From Candidatus Hodarchaeota archaeon (lineage in GTDB: Archaea > Asgardarchaeota > Heimdallarchaeia > Hodarchaeales > Hodarchaeaceae): a DNA stretch of 14,554 bases. Shown here one piece after another: positions 1-7,993 of this stretch (the stretch's first letter is position 1; each line of letters begins with the position of its first letter). The stretch lies in the NCBI GenBank assembly GCA_029856365.1, contig JAHQWW010000094.1, forward strand, positions 1 to 14,554. The letters are read 5' to 3'. The notes below the pieces were generated by a model. That model searched no databases. It was given only the letters and a program-made list of their open reading frames with translations, and was not told where the DNA came from. A program made the translations under genes and the position numbers.

Positions 1-298
1 AGAAAAAGCAGTGGTGTTCTCCTTTTAGAAACAAAAAAATTCATTAATTACTAGTTCGCTTTACCCTTCAACTCTTATCAAATTTTATAATTTGAAATCA
101 TATCTTTCTCTTTTCTAGTATGATTTCCCGAATGAATATGTTTTGAGAGTCCTGAATATTAGATGAGACTTGGAAGTGATATAAAATCAGTTTTTATCAA
201 GAATTCATGTAACAAATATCCAAGGAATTTTACTTACTTTGGGAATGTCTTCAACTTCTTTAGGGACATTTTGAAAAGAATTTATTGACCAATATTGA

Positions 299-607
299 CT
301 ATTTCAACTCGATTTCGCGAGTTTGCTTGTAAAGATCCCAATCAAGATTAAGTTTGATAATACGTTCTTTCTTGATCTCTGAATCTGATTTTTCTCCAAA
401 TATAATAATTGAGTCTCCAGCTTTTAAATCTGGTAATTCTTCTCCTTCAATGGTAATTTCTAAGTCTTCGTTATCATCAGTAACTGTAATCTTCATTTGG
501 TCTACATTCTTAACCTTGGCAACTAGCTGAAACTTTGTGTCAACTGTTGTATTTGAGAGAGATAGTAAAGTGGTTTCTTCATAAGGTATTGAAGATTTCC
601 TTCTCAT
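299..607 (-). CDS. Small single OB-fold protein, probable replication protein A small subunit (RPA3/RPA14-like)
   Basis: 102 aa with an N-terminal basic 'MRRK', OB-fold strand pattern (FQLVAKVKNVD...ITVTDD...LKAGDSIIIFGE) and a C-terminal helix 'LDWDLYKQTREIE'. This resembles the layout of archaeal RPA14 with its trimerisation helix, recognised by eye. GGTGA SD lies just upstream of the ATG on the - strand. Confidence 0.65.
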   Translation of the reverse strand: MRRKSSIPYEETTLLSLSNTTVDTKFQLVAKVKNVDQMKITVTDDNEDLEITIEGEELPDLKAGDSIIIFGEKSDSEIKKERIIKLNLDWDLYKQTREIELK

Positions 608-662
608 AAGATCACCTTATTTCATTATTAGGGTATTAAATGAAAGACACCTAAGATTTACC

Positions 663-688
663 AAATTTATATTTGAGTCGCTTACTCA
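663..688. promoter_or_regulatory. TATA-like box followed by a palindromic operator-like site in the rpa3/tfs divergent intergenic region
   Basis: AAATTTATATT at 663-673, immediately followed by the inverted repeat TGAGT-N5-ACTCA (674-688). Confidence 0.35.
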
Positions 689-708
689 CTGGTATTTTGA
701 TTCGGCTT

Positions 709-841
709 GCTATATCAGAGATAAGGCTATCTTTCCAAAGAAATTGTTAGATACCCTCACTATAGATTATATGATGGTGTTTTTTAAGTAATCCTATAAC
801 TCTTGGAACTTCAAAAGGTAGTTTTGTCAAAGAGATGTGGT
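709..841 (+). ncRNA. Candidate structured RNA (long rod-like stem-loop, K-turn-like internal loop)
   Basis: Nested helices found by hand: 710-716/834-840; 720-734/814-828 (15 contiguous pairs, 4 G-U); 735-738/803-806; inner hairpin at about 749-782. Non-Watson-Crick pairs in the main helices are all G-U on the + strand. Confidence 0.3.
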
Positions 842-907
842 TAATGATCCAACTACTTTAAAAAAGCGCCTTAATTTAGCTTAATACGTTCTTTCGGCGT
901 AAATCTG

Positions 908-1255
908 ATGATGACCATGCAGTTTTGTGAATGTGGCGGACTTCTAGTTCCTGACCGACAATCTGATGGAAAGGTTCAAATGCGATGTCCTGCATGTGGA
1001 AAAACTATTAACTCTGATTCAAATTCAAAAGCTTTTGAAATAACCCAAAAGATCCCGCATTCTGAGCAAGAGAAAACCGTTATTATTGAAAAACCCCATG
1101 GAATTGAAACAATGCCAACAACAAATGTTAATTGTGAAAAATGTAGTAACACTGAAGCTGTTTATTGGCAGTTACAAACACGAAGCGCTGATGAGGCTTC
1201 AACAACATTCTATCGTTGTAAACGATGTGGACATACATGGAGGGATTATGGGTGA
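908..1255 (+). CDS. tfs: Transcription factor S (TFS/RpoM family, RNA polymerase transcript cleavage factor)
   Basis: N-terminal Zn ribbon (FCECG...CPACG) and C-terminal Zn ribbon CEKC...WQLQTRSADEASTTFYRCKRCGHTWR carrying the catalytic DE hairpin. The true start could be 908, 911 or 917. Confidence 0.95.
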   Translation: MMTMQFCECGGLLVPDRQSDGKVQMRCPACGKTINSDSNSKAFEITQKIPHSEQEKTVIIEKPHGIETMPTTNVNCEKCSNTEAVYWQLQTRSADEASTTFYRCKRCGHTWRDYG

Positions 1256-1354
1256 AAAATGTTTTATTGGGCTCCTTTTCTCTGCTGTGATTCTATATTC
1301 GCTATTAGTTTTTTAATTCTGCTCAAACAGAGAAATTGTTACTTAAGATTCTAC

Positions 1355-2050
1355 CTATGGCTTTCTAATAATAATTACAGCGTGTTTTTTCTCAAAAGCA
1401 TCTATAGATTGATATTCTTGAATTTTGAATTCAAATTCTTGTTCTAACACAGCCATCTGTTTGGAAAATATTTCATCAGGTTTGAGAACAACATCAATAC
1501 TTTGAGACTTGATTGCTAAGAAACCCAGTCCTCCAGATTTTAAAAATTCTAGGGCGTTACGTCCGAATATCGTTGCTTGGTCTGGTTGGGCTATATCCTG
1601 ATAGATCAAGTCAACCTCATATACAAATGGAGAGTATTCTTCCGGTCGTCTGGCATCAGCGAGGATTGGAATAAGATTTGTTCTTTGCTCTGCTAAACGG
1701 AAGAATCTTCTCATCACTTTAGGTGAAAATTCAATTCCGAATAATATCCCATTGTTCAAGATATCAGAAAAATGAGAAGCAGTTGTTCCAGTTGATACTC
1801 CTAGATATAAAATCCTTTTTTCTTTGATTTGCGGGAGTTTCGTCATCCCTGATAAAAAGGCTGCTGCAAATTTTGACCGATAGGGATCCCAGACACGATA
1901 TTCTTCACCATTAATTGAAAGTAATTGTTCGCCATAAACGGAATTACCTGGTACTTTGTTATGTGTTACTAGGCGAGATTTTCCATTGCTTTTTACTTGA
2001 AACATTCCCTTTATACTGGTTTTTGTTAGTTTCATTCCTTTAACTCTCAC
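1355..2050 (-). CDS. flpA: Fibrillarin-like rRNA/tRNA 2'-O-methyltransferase
   Basis: Motifs VYGE, EYRVWDPYRSK, ILYLGVSTGTTASHFSDI, NLIPILADARRPEEY, YQDIAQPDQA and IKSQSID. Lies directly downstream of nop5. Start is GTG 2050 or ATG 2035. Confidence 0.97.
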   Translation of the reverse strand: MRVKGMKLTKTSIKGMFQVKSNGKSRLVTHNKVPGNSVYGEQLLSINGEEYRVWDPYRSKFAAAFLSGMTKLPQIKEKRILYLGVSTGTTASHFSDILNNGILFGIEFSPKVMRRFFRLAEQRTNLIPILADARRPEEYSPFVYEVDLIYQDIAQPDQATIFGRNALEFLKSGGLGFLAIKSQSIDVVLKPDEIFSKQMAVLEQEFEFKIQEYQSIDAFEKKHAVIIIRKP

Positions 2051-2078
2051 TAATTACTTATTCTCTTCCCTAATCTAT

Positions 2079-3332
2079 CTATCTTTGTTTTTTGTGCTTC
2101 ATTCGGCCTTTAAAATCTTTTTTTCCTTTTTTGAAAGCTGGCTTACGTTTTCTCTTCTTTTGAAGACGTTTTTGTTCTAACTGTTGTTCTGATGGCTCAG
2201 GAAATGAGGATTTAATATTCTCAACTTTTTTTTCCAAATCCGCTAAAAGAGTAGTCCCAATAAATTCGCCACTAAAAAAATCAACTCTAGCAGCTATGGT
2301 TAATTTACCAGCTAGTGCTCGTGCAATCTTTCCTCGTTGATGTTTTTTAGATGAATGAATGTAGGGAGACTGAAAAATAACTCCATGTTTTGGTGGATCC
2401 TCTCCTGATCGAAGATGTCGAAATAAGGCCTTTTCCGCCCCTAAAACCTGAATTGTCCCTGAGGAGCTCTTAGCTAAGTCTTCAAGACTCCCAGCAAGAG
2501 CTATTAAACGCGCACCAAGAAGGCTTCCTACAAGACATTGAATATTTGGGGCAACTTCTTTCATACTTTCCTCTATATACGTCTCTAAATTATCTTTTAT
2601 TTTGAGAATCTCAACCCCAAAAAGAGCCAACTGGGAGATAGGATTCATATCATATGTTGAGATTTCAGTACCAAGAGATTGTTTCGCTGCTTGCAAGATT
2701 AGCTCACGTCGTTTATCAGATAAATGAGATAATAAATCATCATCTAGATTGGAGCGAATGGCACCACGAGTTTTAGAAATTAGTTTAATATATTGAGGAT
2801 TATCTCGAACCAACTCTTGTAATTCAGGAAAATGAATTCCATACCACTCGGATAATCGAGCATAAATCAAGTTAAGAATGGAATTCACATCATCAATACT
2901 CTTGATCGCTTGTGCAATATAAACGTCCCGCGCTTCGACTTTCTCCCTCAAGAGTATACGTGTCCGTTGCGTTGCTTTTTCCCGAATAAGTTGAGTTACC
3001 GTAGTAGAAGTCTCCATCTTTCCAGTATCTCTAATAAAATCAGTTATAAATACCCGAAAAGGGATCAATTCCCCTGCAACAGCAAATCTGGCATTCTCAA
3101 ACCCTCTCTGCCGCAAAAAGTCCACAATGTGCGAATTGTCAGAAATAATTTCTTCTTGGGTTTGATCAAGAAGTTCAACAATTTCATCTCCCCTTTGATC
3201 AATGAAATCCTTTAAATTTTCATTAGTTACGATCGTTTCCTCGTCAAACCATATAGACTCAATTATTCTAGAAGAATCTTCGATTTTTTCTCCAATGAGA
3301 ATACCAGTTGCCACAAATAGAACACATTTCAA
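2079..3332 (-). CDS. nop5: C/D box sRNP protein Nop5 (Nop56/58 homologue)
   Basis: RLSEWYGIHFPEL, VAPN, LGARLIALAGSL, TIQVLGAEKALFRHL, PPKHGVIFQ, RGKIARALAGK...AARVD and a Lys/Arg-rich C-terminal tail. AGGTG SD precedes the TTG start. Confidence 0.97.
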   Translation of the reverse strand: MKCVLFVATGILIGEKIEDSSRIIESIWFDEETIVTNENLKDFIDQRGDEIVELLDQTQEEIISDNSHIVDFLRQRGFENARFAVAGELIPFRVFITDFIRDTGKMETSTTVTQLIREKATQRTRILLREKVEARDVYIAQAIKSIDDVNSILNLIYARLSEWYGIHFPELQELVRDNPQYIKLISKTRGAIRSNLDDDLLSHLSDKRRELILQAAKQSLGTEISTYDMNPISQLALFGVEILKIKDNLETYIEESMKEVAPNIQCLVGSLLGARLIALAGSLEDLAKSSSGTIQVLGAEKALFRHLRSGEDPPKHGVIFQSPYIHSSKKHQRGKIARALAGKLTIAARVDFFSGEFIGTTLLADLEKKVENIKSSFPEPSEQQLEQKRLQKKRKRKPAFKKGKKDFKGRMKHKKQR

Positions 3333-3540
3333 TTTAGAACACCTGATTCTAAGAATTAAGCAAGATGATCAAGACATAAAACTGTTTCTTTTTTTGATAA
3401 CTGATTGTGTTTTTTTTGTTTTTATTCAAAATAGAAGTATGAACTGGTACTTTCTTCAATCAGTTCCTTTGATCTCTTTTAGAAAGCATTAGACAAGTAA
3501 ATTCATACTTTCTTAGGAAATAAAAGAAGTTAATAGCTCG

Positions 3541-3560
3541 GAGAAACTATTAAATAAAAA
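3541..3560 (+). promoter_or_regulatory. Putative BRE/TATA promoter for the RHH-M50-AN1 cluster
   Basis: GAGAAA (purine-rich BRE-like) followed by CTATTAAATAAA, about 55-60 bp upstream of the RHH start. Confidence 0.4.
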
Positions 3561-3612
3561 TTGTAGAATAAGTTCAAGAAATGAAGAAACTGGTTTTAAA
3601 CAAAAATAGTGA

Positions 3613-3807
3613 GTGAAAACATCAATGACACGTCAGAAACCCATAAGTATCAAAATTCCAGACCAAATATTGATCCTAATCGATAATTTTGTGCGACTCG
3701 AACAATATAAATCTCGGTCTGATTTTTTAAGAATTGCTATTGAAGAGCTCTTGAAACACGAAGCAGGTACTTGGGAAAAATTAGTCGACCAAATTAGTGA
3801 GAAGTGA
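3613..3807 (+). CDS. Ribbon-helix-helix (CopG/NikR-N-like) transcriptional regulator
   Basis: Strand KPISIKIP, helix DQILILIDNFV and helix YKSRSDFLRIAIEELL give the classic RHH pattern. Start is GTG 3613 or ATG 3625. Confidence 0.85.
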   Translation: MKTSMTRQKPISIKIPDQILILIDNFVRLEQYKSRSDFLRIAIEELLKHEAGTWEKLVDQISEK

Positions 3808-3828
3808 GGAGAGAGGTAGCTAATTAGG

Positions 3829-4434
3829 ATGTATTCATTCACAGAAACTGAAAAACGAGATTTGCTAATTGGTACAGCAATATTTGTTCTAGTTGAATTA
3901 TCTTTTGCAATTTACTATACCAATACATTTTTGGAACTGCTAATTCTAGGTATTCTTACCATTCCCCTCTGGCTTTTTCATGAATTAGCGCATAAATTTG
4001 TAGCTCAAGGTAATGGATTAGTCTCAGACTTTCGACTTGATCCTAATATGGCGATTTTTTCTTTGTTTTCTATTGTTTTACCAATAAAGATCATTGCCCC
4101 AGGAGTTGTACTCTCTTCAGGAGAATATCGCCTGGATACAGCAGGACGTATTTCAATGGCAGGGCCACTAACAAATATCCTTATTGGAGGCATTTTTCTA
4201 GTTTTTTCGTCTTTTATGCCGATTGACTGGATTGTGGTTGTTTTTTTACTTGCAAGCAGGTTCTCTTTTGATATGGCTTTGTTTAACATGTTACCATTCT
4301 ATGTACTCGATGGTGCCAAGGTTCTCAGATGGAACCAGTCAATCTTTATCTTAATATTTTCCTTAAGTGTAATAGCATGGTTATTACATCCATTAGATCC
4401 ATTAAGAATTCTAGGGTTTTTAGGGGGCTATTAG
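3829..4434 (+). CDS. Site-2 protease (peptidase M50), membrane Zn metalloprotease
   Basis: HELAH (HExxH) in a TM helix, ISMAGPLTN, NMLPFYVLDG (NxxPxxxLDG) and several TM segments. No PDZ or CBS domain. Confidence 0.92.
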   Translation: MYSFTETEKRDLLIGTAIFVLVELSFAIYYTNTFLELLILGILTIPLWLFHELAHKFVAQGNGLVSDFRLDPNMAIFSLFSIVLPIKIIAPGVVLSSGEYRLDTAGRISMAGPLTNILIGGIFLVFSSFMPIDWIVVVFLLASRFSFDMALFNMLPFYVLDGAKVLRWNQSIFILIFSLSVIAWLLHPLDPLRILGFLGGY

Positions 4435-4851
4435 ATGTATAAACTTACACAGCAAGAACAATTAGTTCTTATAATTGGAATATTTTCAGTAATACTCCTT
4501 ATTGTAGAAACCTTATTTTTCACATCAAATCTAATGGAAAAAACCCTCTTTTTAGGTGGAACAACTATTGGCATTTCTTTATTAATTATCTACATCTTTG
4601 TTATTCAACCGATGAAGGGACAGATCAGACTCCCCCCCTACAATCAATATTATACTTCGATATCTCCAGCTTTCAGGCCTACAATAATCCCCGCTCCTAA
4701 AAAAGTTAAAAAAACTATAACGAGAGGCTCTTGTGAATATTGTGGGAAAAAAGAACTAATGGGCTTTACATGTAGTTATTGTGAAGGATATTTTTGTACA
4801 GAACACCGTCTACCAGAGAAACATGGTTGTGTAAGAATGAAACTTCGTTAA
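4435..4851 (+). CDS. Membrane-anchored AN1-type zinc finger protein
   Basis: Two N-terminal hydrophobic helices, a Pro/Lys-rich linker and a C-terminal C-x2-C-x9-C-x2-C-x4-C-x2-H-x5-H-x-C motif (CEYC...CSYC...FCTEHRLPEKHGC, 4732-4830). Its ATG directly abuts the M50 TAG. Confidence 0.88.
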   Translation: MYKLTQQEQLVLIIGIFSVILLIVETLFFTSNLMEKTLFLGGTTIGISLLIIYIFVIQPMKGQIRLPPYNQYYTSISPAFRPTIIPAPKKVKKTITRGSCEYCGKKELMGFTCSYCEGYFCTEHRLPEKHGCVRMKLR

Positions 4852-6317
4852 TACTCTTTATGAGTACTCATTGCGTGTAAGATTTCAGAAATGACTAAAT
4901 TAATCATACTAAAAAGAAGAAACAAGTAAAATGCCACTTGGGATAAATAAGAAATCCCTAATTCAAGAGCTTTCATCATTCCCAGCCATATAATCCCTAT
5001 ATATACTATCTCAGCAATAAATATCTTATCCAAGGGAATTTTCTCACGTATAATAATGCTGCTACTTTTGTAATTATCTGATAGACCGAACTTGGGGGTT
5101 TTAACAAATTCTCCTCCCTTTCTCCATAATCCATTAAGAGCACCTAATCCCATTCTAACTATTAACCCAGCTCCCCAAAACAAGAATAGCAGAATCAATA
5201 TAATATTTGTTACAGGCCTTTTTGCTCGTAGAATAGCAAATATATATGCGAGTACTCCAAAAATGGCTGCAATAGAAAACAATAATCCAAAAATGAAAAA
5301 CATTTCACCTTTGAACTGCGGAAAATACAGTAATACTGAACTTGTACTAGTATTAATTATAATGAACACTGGTACAAAGTATTGTGTGAAATGAATTGTT
5401 CCTTGAATTCGTGATTTTCCTCGTGCATTCTTCCAAAACAAAATGAAATTTTTTCTAAGGTTTTGAGAAAATCCTTTTGCCCACCTACTTTGTTGGATTA
5501 TCCAACATCGAATGGTTGGAGGAATTTCTTGTAAGCTTGTGATATCCCTCAAATAAATAATTTCATACCCATTCATTTGAGTACGATAAGCTAGATCCAA
5601 ATCTTCTGCAAGTGTTGTTGATGACCAACCCCCGCTCTCTTCTATTGCTGAACGTCGCCATATTCCACCCGTACCATTGAAAGTAATGAAAGCATTTCTT
5701 TTCTTTCTTCCAATCTTTTCTACAAGAAAATGGCCATCCAACCCAATCGACATTGAACGAGTAAATAATGAATAATTAAGATTTGAATGGGCCCATCTAG
5801 TTTGAACTGCTCCAATGTGATCATTGTTTTTGAAATAATGAATACATCGTTCCAAAAAATGCGGATTAACAATGAAATCAGCATCAAAAATTGCTACAAA
5901 CTCGGATGTTCCATGTTTTAGTCCGTTCGCAAGTGCCCCAGCTTTATAACCTTCTCTGTTGCTCCTACGTATAATCTCGCAATTTAGTCCCTTTTTTTTA
6001 AGAGAAGAAACTTCTGCTTCCATAATTGTAGATGTTTGATCAGTAGAATCATCAAGAATTTGGATGTGTAATTTATTCCGAGGATATATTAGCTTGGAAA
6101 TATTCAAAAGAGTATGTTGAATGACCCTAGACTCATTGAAAACAGGCAGTTGAATTGTGACACTAGGAAACTCAGATTCTTCATAATATTCTGTAACTTG
6201 AGGATCCTTCCATTTGTGCGAAGAAATCGCAAGTAGAAAGATATTTAATGGATATGGAAGAAGAAGAATCCCTGAAATGATGTTAATGCTTAGGATGAAT
6301 AGAAATAGATAGTCCAA
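4848..6317 (-). CDS. GT2 processive-type glycosyltransferase, cellulose synthase-like (CslA/C-like subgroup)
   Basis: PSVTIQLPVFNE, IQILDDSTD, NREGYKAGAL, IFDADF, FNGTGGIWR, GGW..TLAEDLDL and QQSRWAKG (D,D,D,QxxRW set), plus an N-terminal TM helix and several C-terminal TM helices with 'EFVKTPK'. Confidence 0.92.
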   Translation of the reverse strand: MDYLFLFILSINIISGILLLPYPLNIFLLAISSHKWKDPQVTEYYEESEFPSVTIQLPVFNESRVIQHTLLNISKLIYPRNKLHIQILDDSTDQTSTIMEAEVSSLKKKGLNCEIIRRSNREGYKAGALANGLKHGTSEFVAIFDADFIVNPHFLERCIHYFKNNDHIGAVQTRWAHSNLNYSLFTRSMSIGLDGHFLVEKIGRKKRNAFITFNGTGGIWRRSAIEESGGWSSTTLAEDLDLAYRTQMNGYEIIYLRDITSLQEIPPTIRCWIIQQSRWAKGFSQNLRKNFILFWKNARGKSRIQGTIHFTQYFVPVFIIINTSTSSVLLYFPQFKGEMFFIFGLLFSIAAIFGVLAYIFAILRAKRPVTNIILILLFLFWGAGLIVRMGLGALNGLWRKGGEFVKTPKFGLSDNYKSSSIIIREKIPLDKIFIAEIVYIGIIWLGMMKALELGISYLSQVAFYLFLLFSMINLVISEILHAMSTHKEY

Positions 6318-6454
6318 ATCACATCTATCCTTTGATGCTTTCTATAGTTTTGAGATCTTTGAAAATTTATTGGTAGCAAAATTTTTCAGAAAGAATTGGT
6401 AATAGTCTAATCACTTATCATACTCCTTCTTTATATTCTCTCTGGTGATTTAAA

Positions 6455-7993
6455 GTGAATTCAGAGAAGATCTCCACGCTTGAAATGAGTATTGCAGATG
6501 TAAACTCCGAATATCTTGGAGTAAACCGCATTATTTTAATGGAGAACGCAGGAAGAGGCCTAGCGGAATTAGTTTGGGAGGTGTATAATACAACTAATAG
6601 ATCTGCCATCGTAATATTTGCAGGGAAAGGTGGTAATGGCGGTGATGGGATGGTTGCAGCGCGACATCTTTCACGAAATATACCGATTCAATTGTACTTA
6701 GTAGGGATCCACAAAAATATTACAAAGCGGTCAACACTCCAAAATTGGAAAATTTTACAGAACATGGCGGAATCCGTTGAACTTTTTGAATTAAGACAAG
6801 TCGAAGACATTACGAATATTAAAATTAATAAAACAACACTCATCGTAGATTCAATACTTGGGACAGGGATAAAAGGTATGTTGCGGGAGCCACTTCCAAC
6901 ATTGATACAGTCAATTTCAAAATGGCAGGAAAAGGGAGCTATCATTATCAGTGCTGATACACCTACAGGGATTGACCCTAACACGGGTAAAAATTCAAAT
7001 GTGTTTGTAACACCACAATGGACTGGAATATTTCACAAACAAAAAAATGGATTATCACCAAAAAATGCTGGAAAGATTAGAATCATCCCTATCGGGGTAC
7101 CACCTGAAGCTGAAAAAATTATTGGCCCAGGAGACTTATTAGCGCTAAGACCCCGTTCCTCTTGGTCAAAAAAAGGGGATAATGGGAGAGTTTTAGTTAT
7201 TGGGGGGAATGAAACATATTCTGGTGCTCCTGCGCTTGCTGCCATGGGTGCAGTTCAATCAGGAGTTGATTTAGTTACAATATTAACCCCTCAAAAGATC
7301 AGTTCAGCAATCAGGTCTTATTCACCAGAGTTTATTGTTTATGATTACACAACTCCTCATTTGACGGAAGATTCACTTTCAGCTGAGCTAATTCGGCAAA
7401 ATGATGTTATAGTTCTGGGGCCTGGACTTGGAACACACGCTGATACTCGTATAGCGGTCTCTAAAGCCTTAACCTTAGTAAAAAAACTTGATAAATCAAT
7501 CGTTATAGACGCAGATGCTCTTAAACTTCTGAATATGGCAGAAGTTTCTCCAAAAACTATCTTAACACCTCATGCGGGGGAATTTGCACTCCTTACAGAC
7601 ATTTCTATTCCAGCTAGTGCCCAAACTTTTCATAAACGGTGTCAGTTGGTTCAAGAGGTTTCAATAAAGTTTCCAAATGTCTGGGTAATAAAGGGACATT
7701 GGGATATTGTTACCGATAATTCAGGTTTGATTAAAATCAATAAAACAGGAACATCCCGAATGACTCGGGGTGGAACTGGAGATGTGTTAGCTGGTCTAAT
7801 TGCTGGATTTGTTGTACAAACAGAAATCCCTTTTTATGCTGCTTGCATTGGGACTTACTTAAATGGCAGGGCCGGAGAACTTGCAGACAAGAACTTTAGT
7901 CTGTCGAATCTCCTTCGTCAAGTTCCTGTTGCTCTACAGGAGTGTTTTGACTTTATTCAAAATGATTCTGTTGCTAAAACTGCATTCCACTAA
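6455..7993 (+). CDS. nnr: Bifunctional NAD(P)H-hydrate epimerase/dehydratase (NnrE-NnrD, YjeF)
   Basis: Epimerase motifs LMENAG, GKGGNGGDG, DSILGTG, DTPTG. Dehydratase motifs KGDNGRVLVIGG, GPGLG, DADAL, TPHAGEF, GGTGDVLAG. The 3' end overlaps the tbp 3' end by 20 bp. Confidence 0.96.
   Translation: MNSEKISTLEMSIADVNSEYLGVNRIILMENAGRGLAELVWEVYNTTNRSAIVIFAGKGGNGGDGMVAARHLSRNIPIQLYLVGIHKNITKRSTLQNWKILQNMAESVELFELRQVEDITNIKINKTTLIVDSILGTGIKGMLREPLPTLIQSISKWQEKGAIIISADTPTGIDPNTGKNSNVFVTPQWTGIFHKQKNGLSPKNAGKIRIIPIGVPPEAEKIIGPGDLLALRPRSSWSKKGDNGRVLVIGGNETYSGAPALAAMGAVQSGVDLVTILTPQKISSAIRSYSPEFIVYDYTTPHLTEDSLSAELIRQNDVIVLGPGLGTHADTRIAVSKALTLVKKLDKSIVIDADALKLLNMAEVSPKTILTPHAGEFALLTDISIPASAQTFHKRCQLVQEVSIKFPNVWVIKGHWDIVTDNSGLIKINKTGTSRMTRGGTGDVLAGLIAGFVVQTEIPFYAACIGTYLNGRAGELADKNFSLSNLLRQVPVALQECFDFIQNDSVAKTAFH

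Noticed and set aside
700-900. SRP RNA, RNase P RNA, tRNA or H/ACA RNA identity for the structured intergenic region
   Set aside because: No SRP helix-8 motif, RNase P P4 motif, T-loop/cloverleaf or 3' ACA box, and the region is too AT-rich.
917-940. CxC rather than CxxC in the first TFS zinc knuckle
   Set aside because: All four Cys and the catalytic DE are retained, so this is likely ordinary variation.
1086-1447. ORFs 1086-1316 and 1259-1447 (+)
   Set aside because: Off-frame or antisense overlaps of tfs and flpA, with no motifs.
2079-2180. Lys/Arg-rich Nop5 tail as a eukaryotic signature
   Set aside because: Basic C-terminal tails are common in archaeal Nop5 proteins.
2910-3492. ORFs 2910-3215 and 3202-3492 (+)
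   Set aside because: Antisense shadows of nop5 running into T-rich promoter DNA.
3633-7245. Short ORFs 3633-3842, 4005-4289, 5092-5394, 6418-6609, 6688-6984, 7033-7245
   Set aside because: All are antisense to well-supported genes and lack recognisable features.
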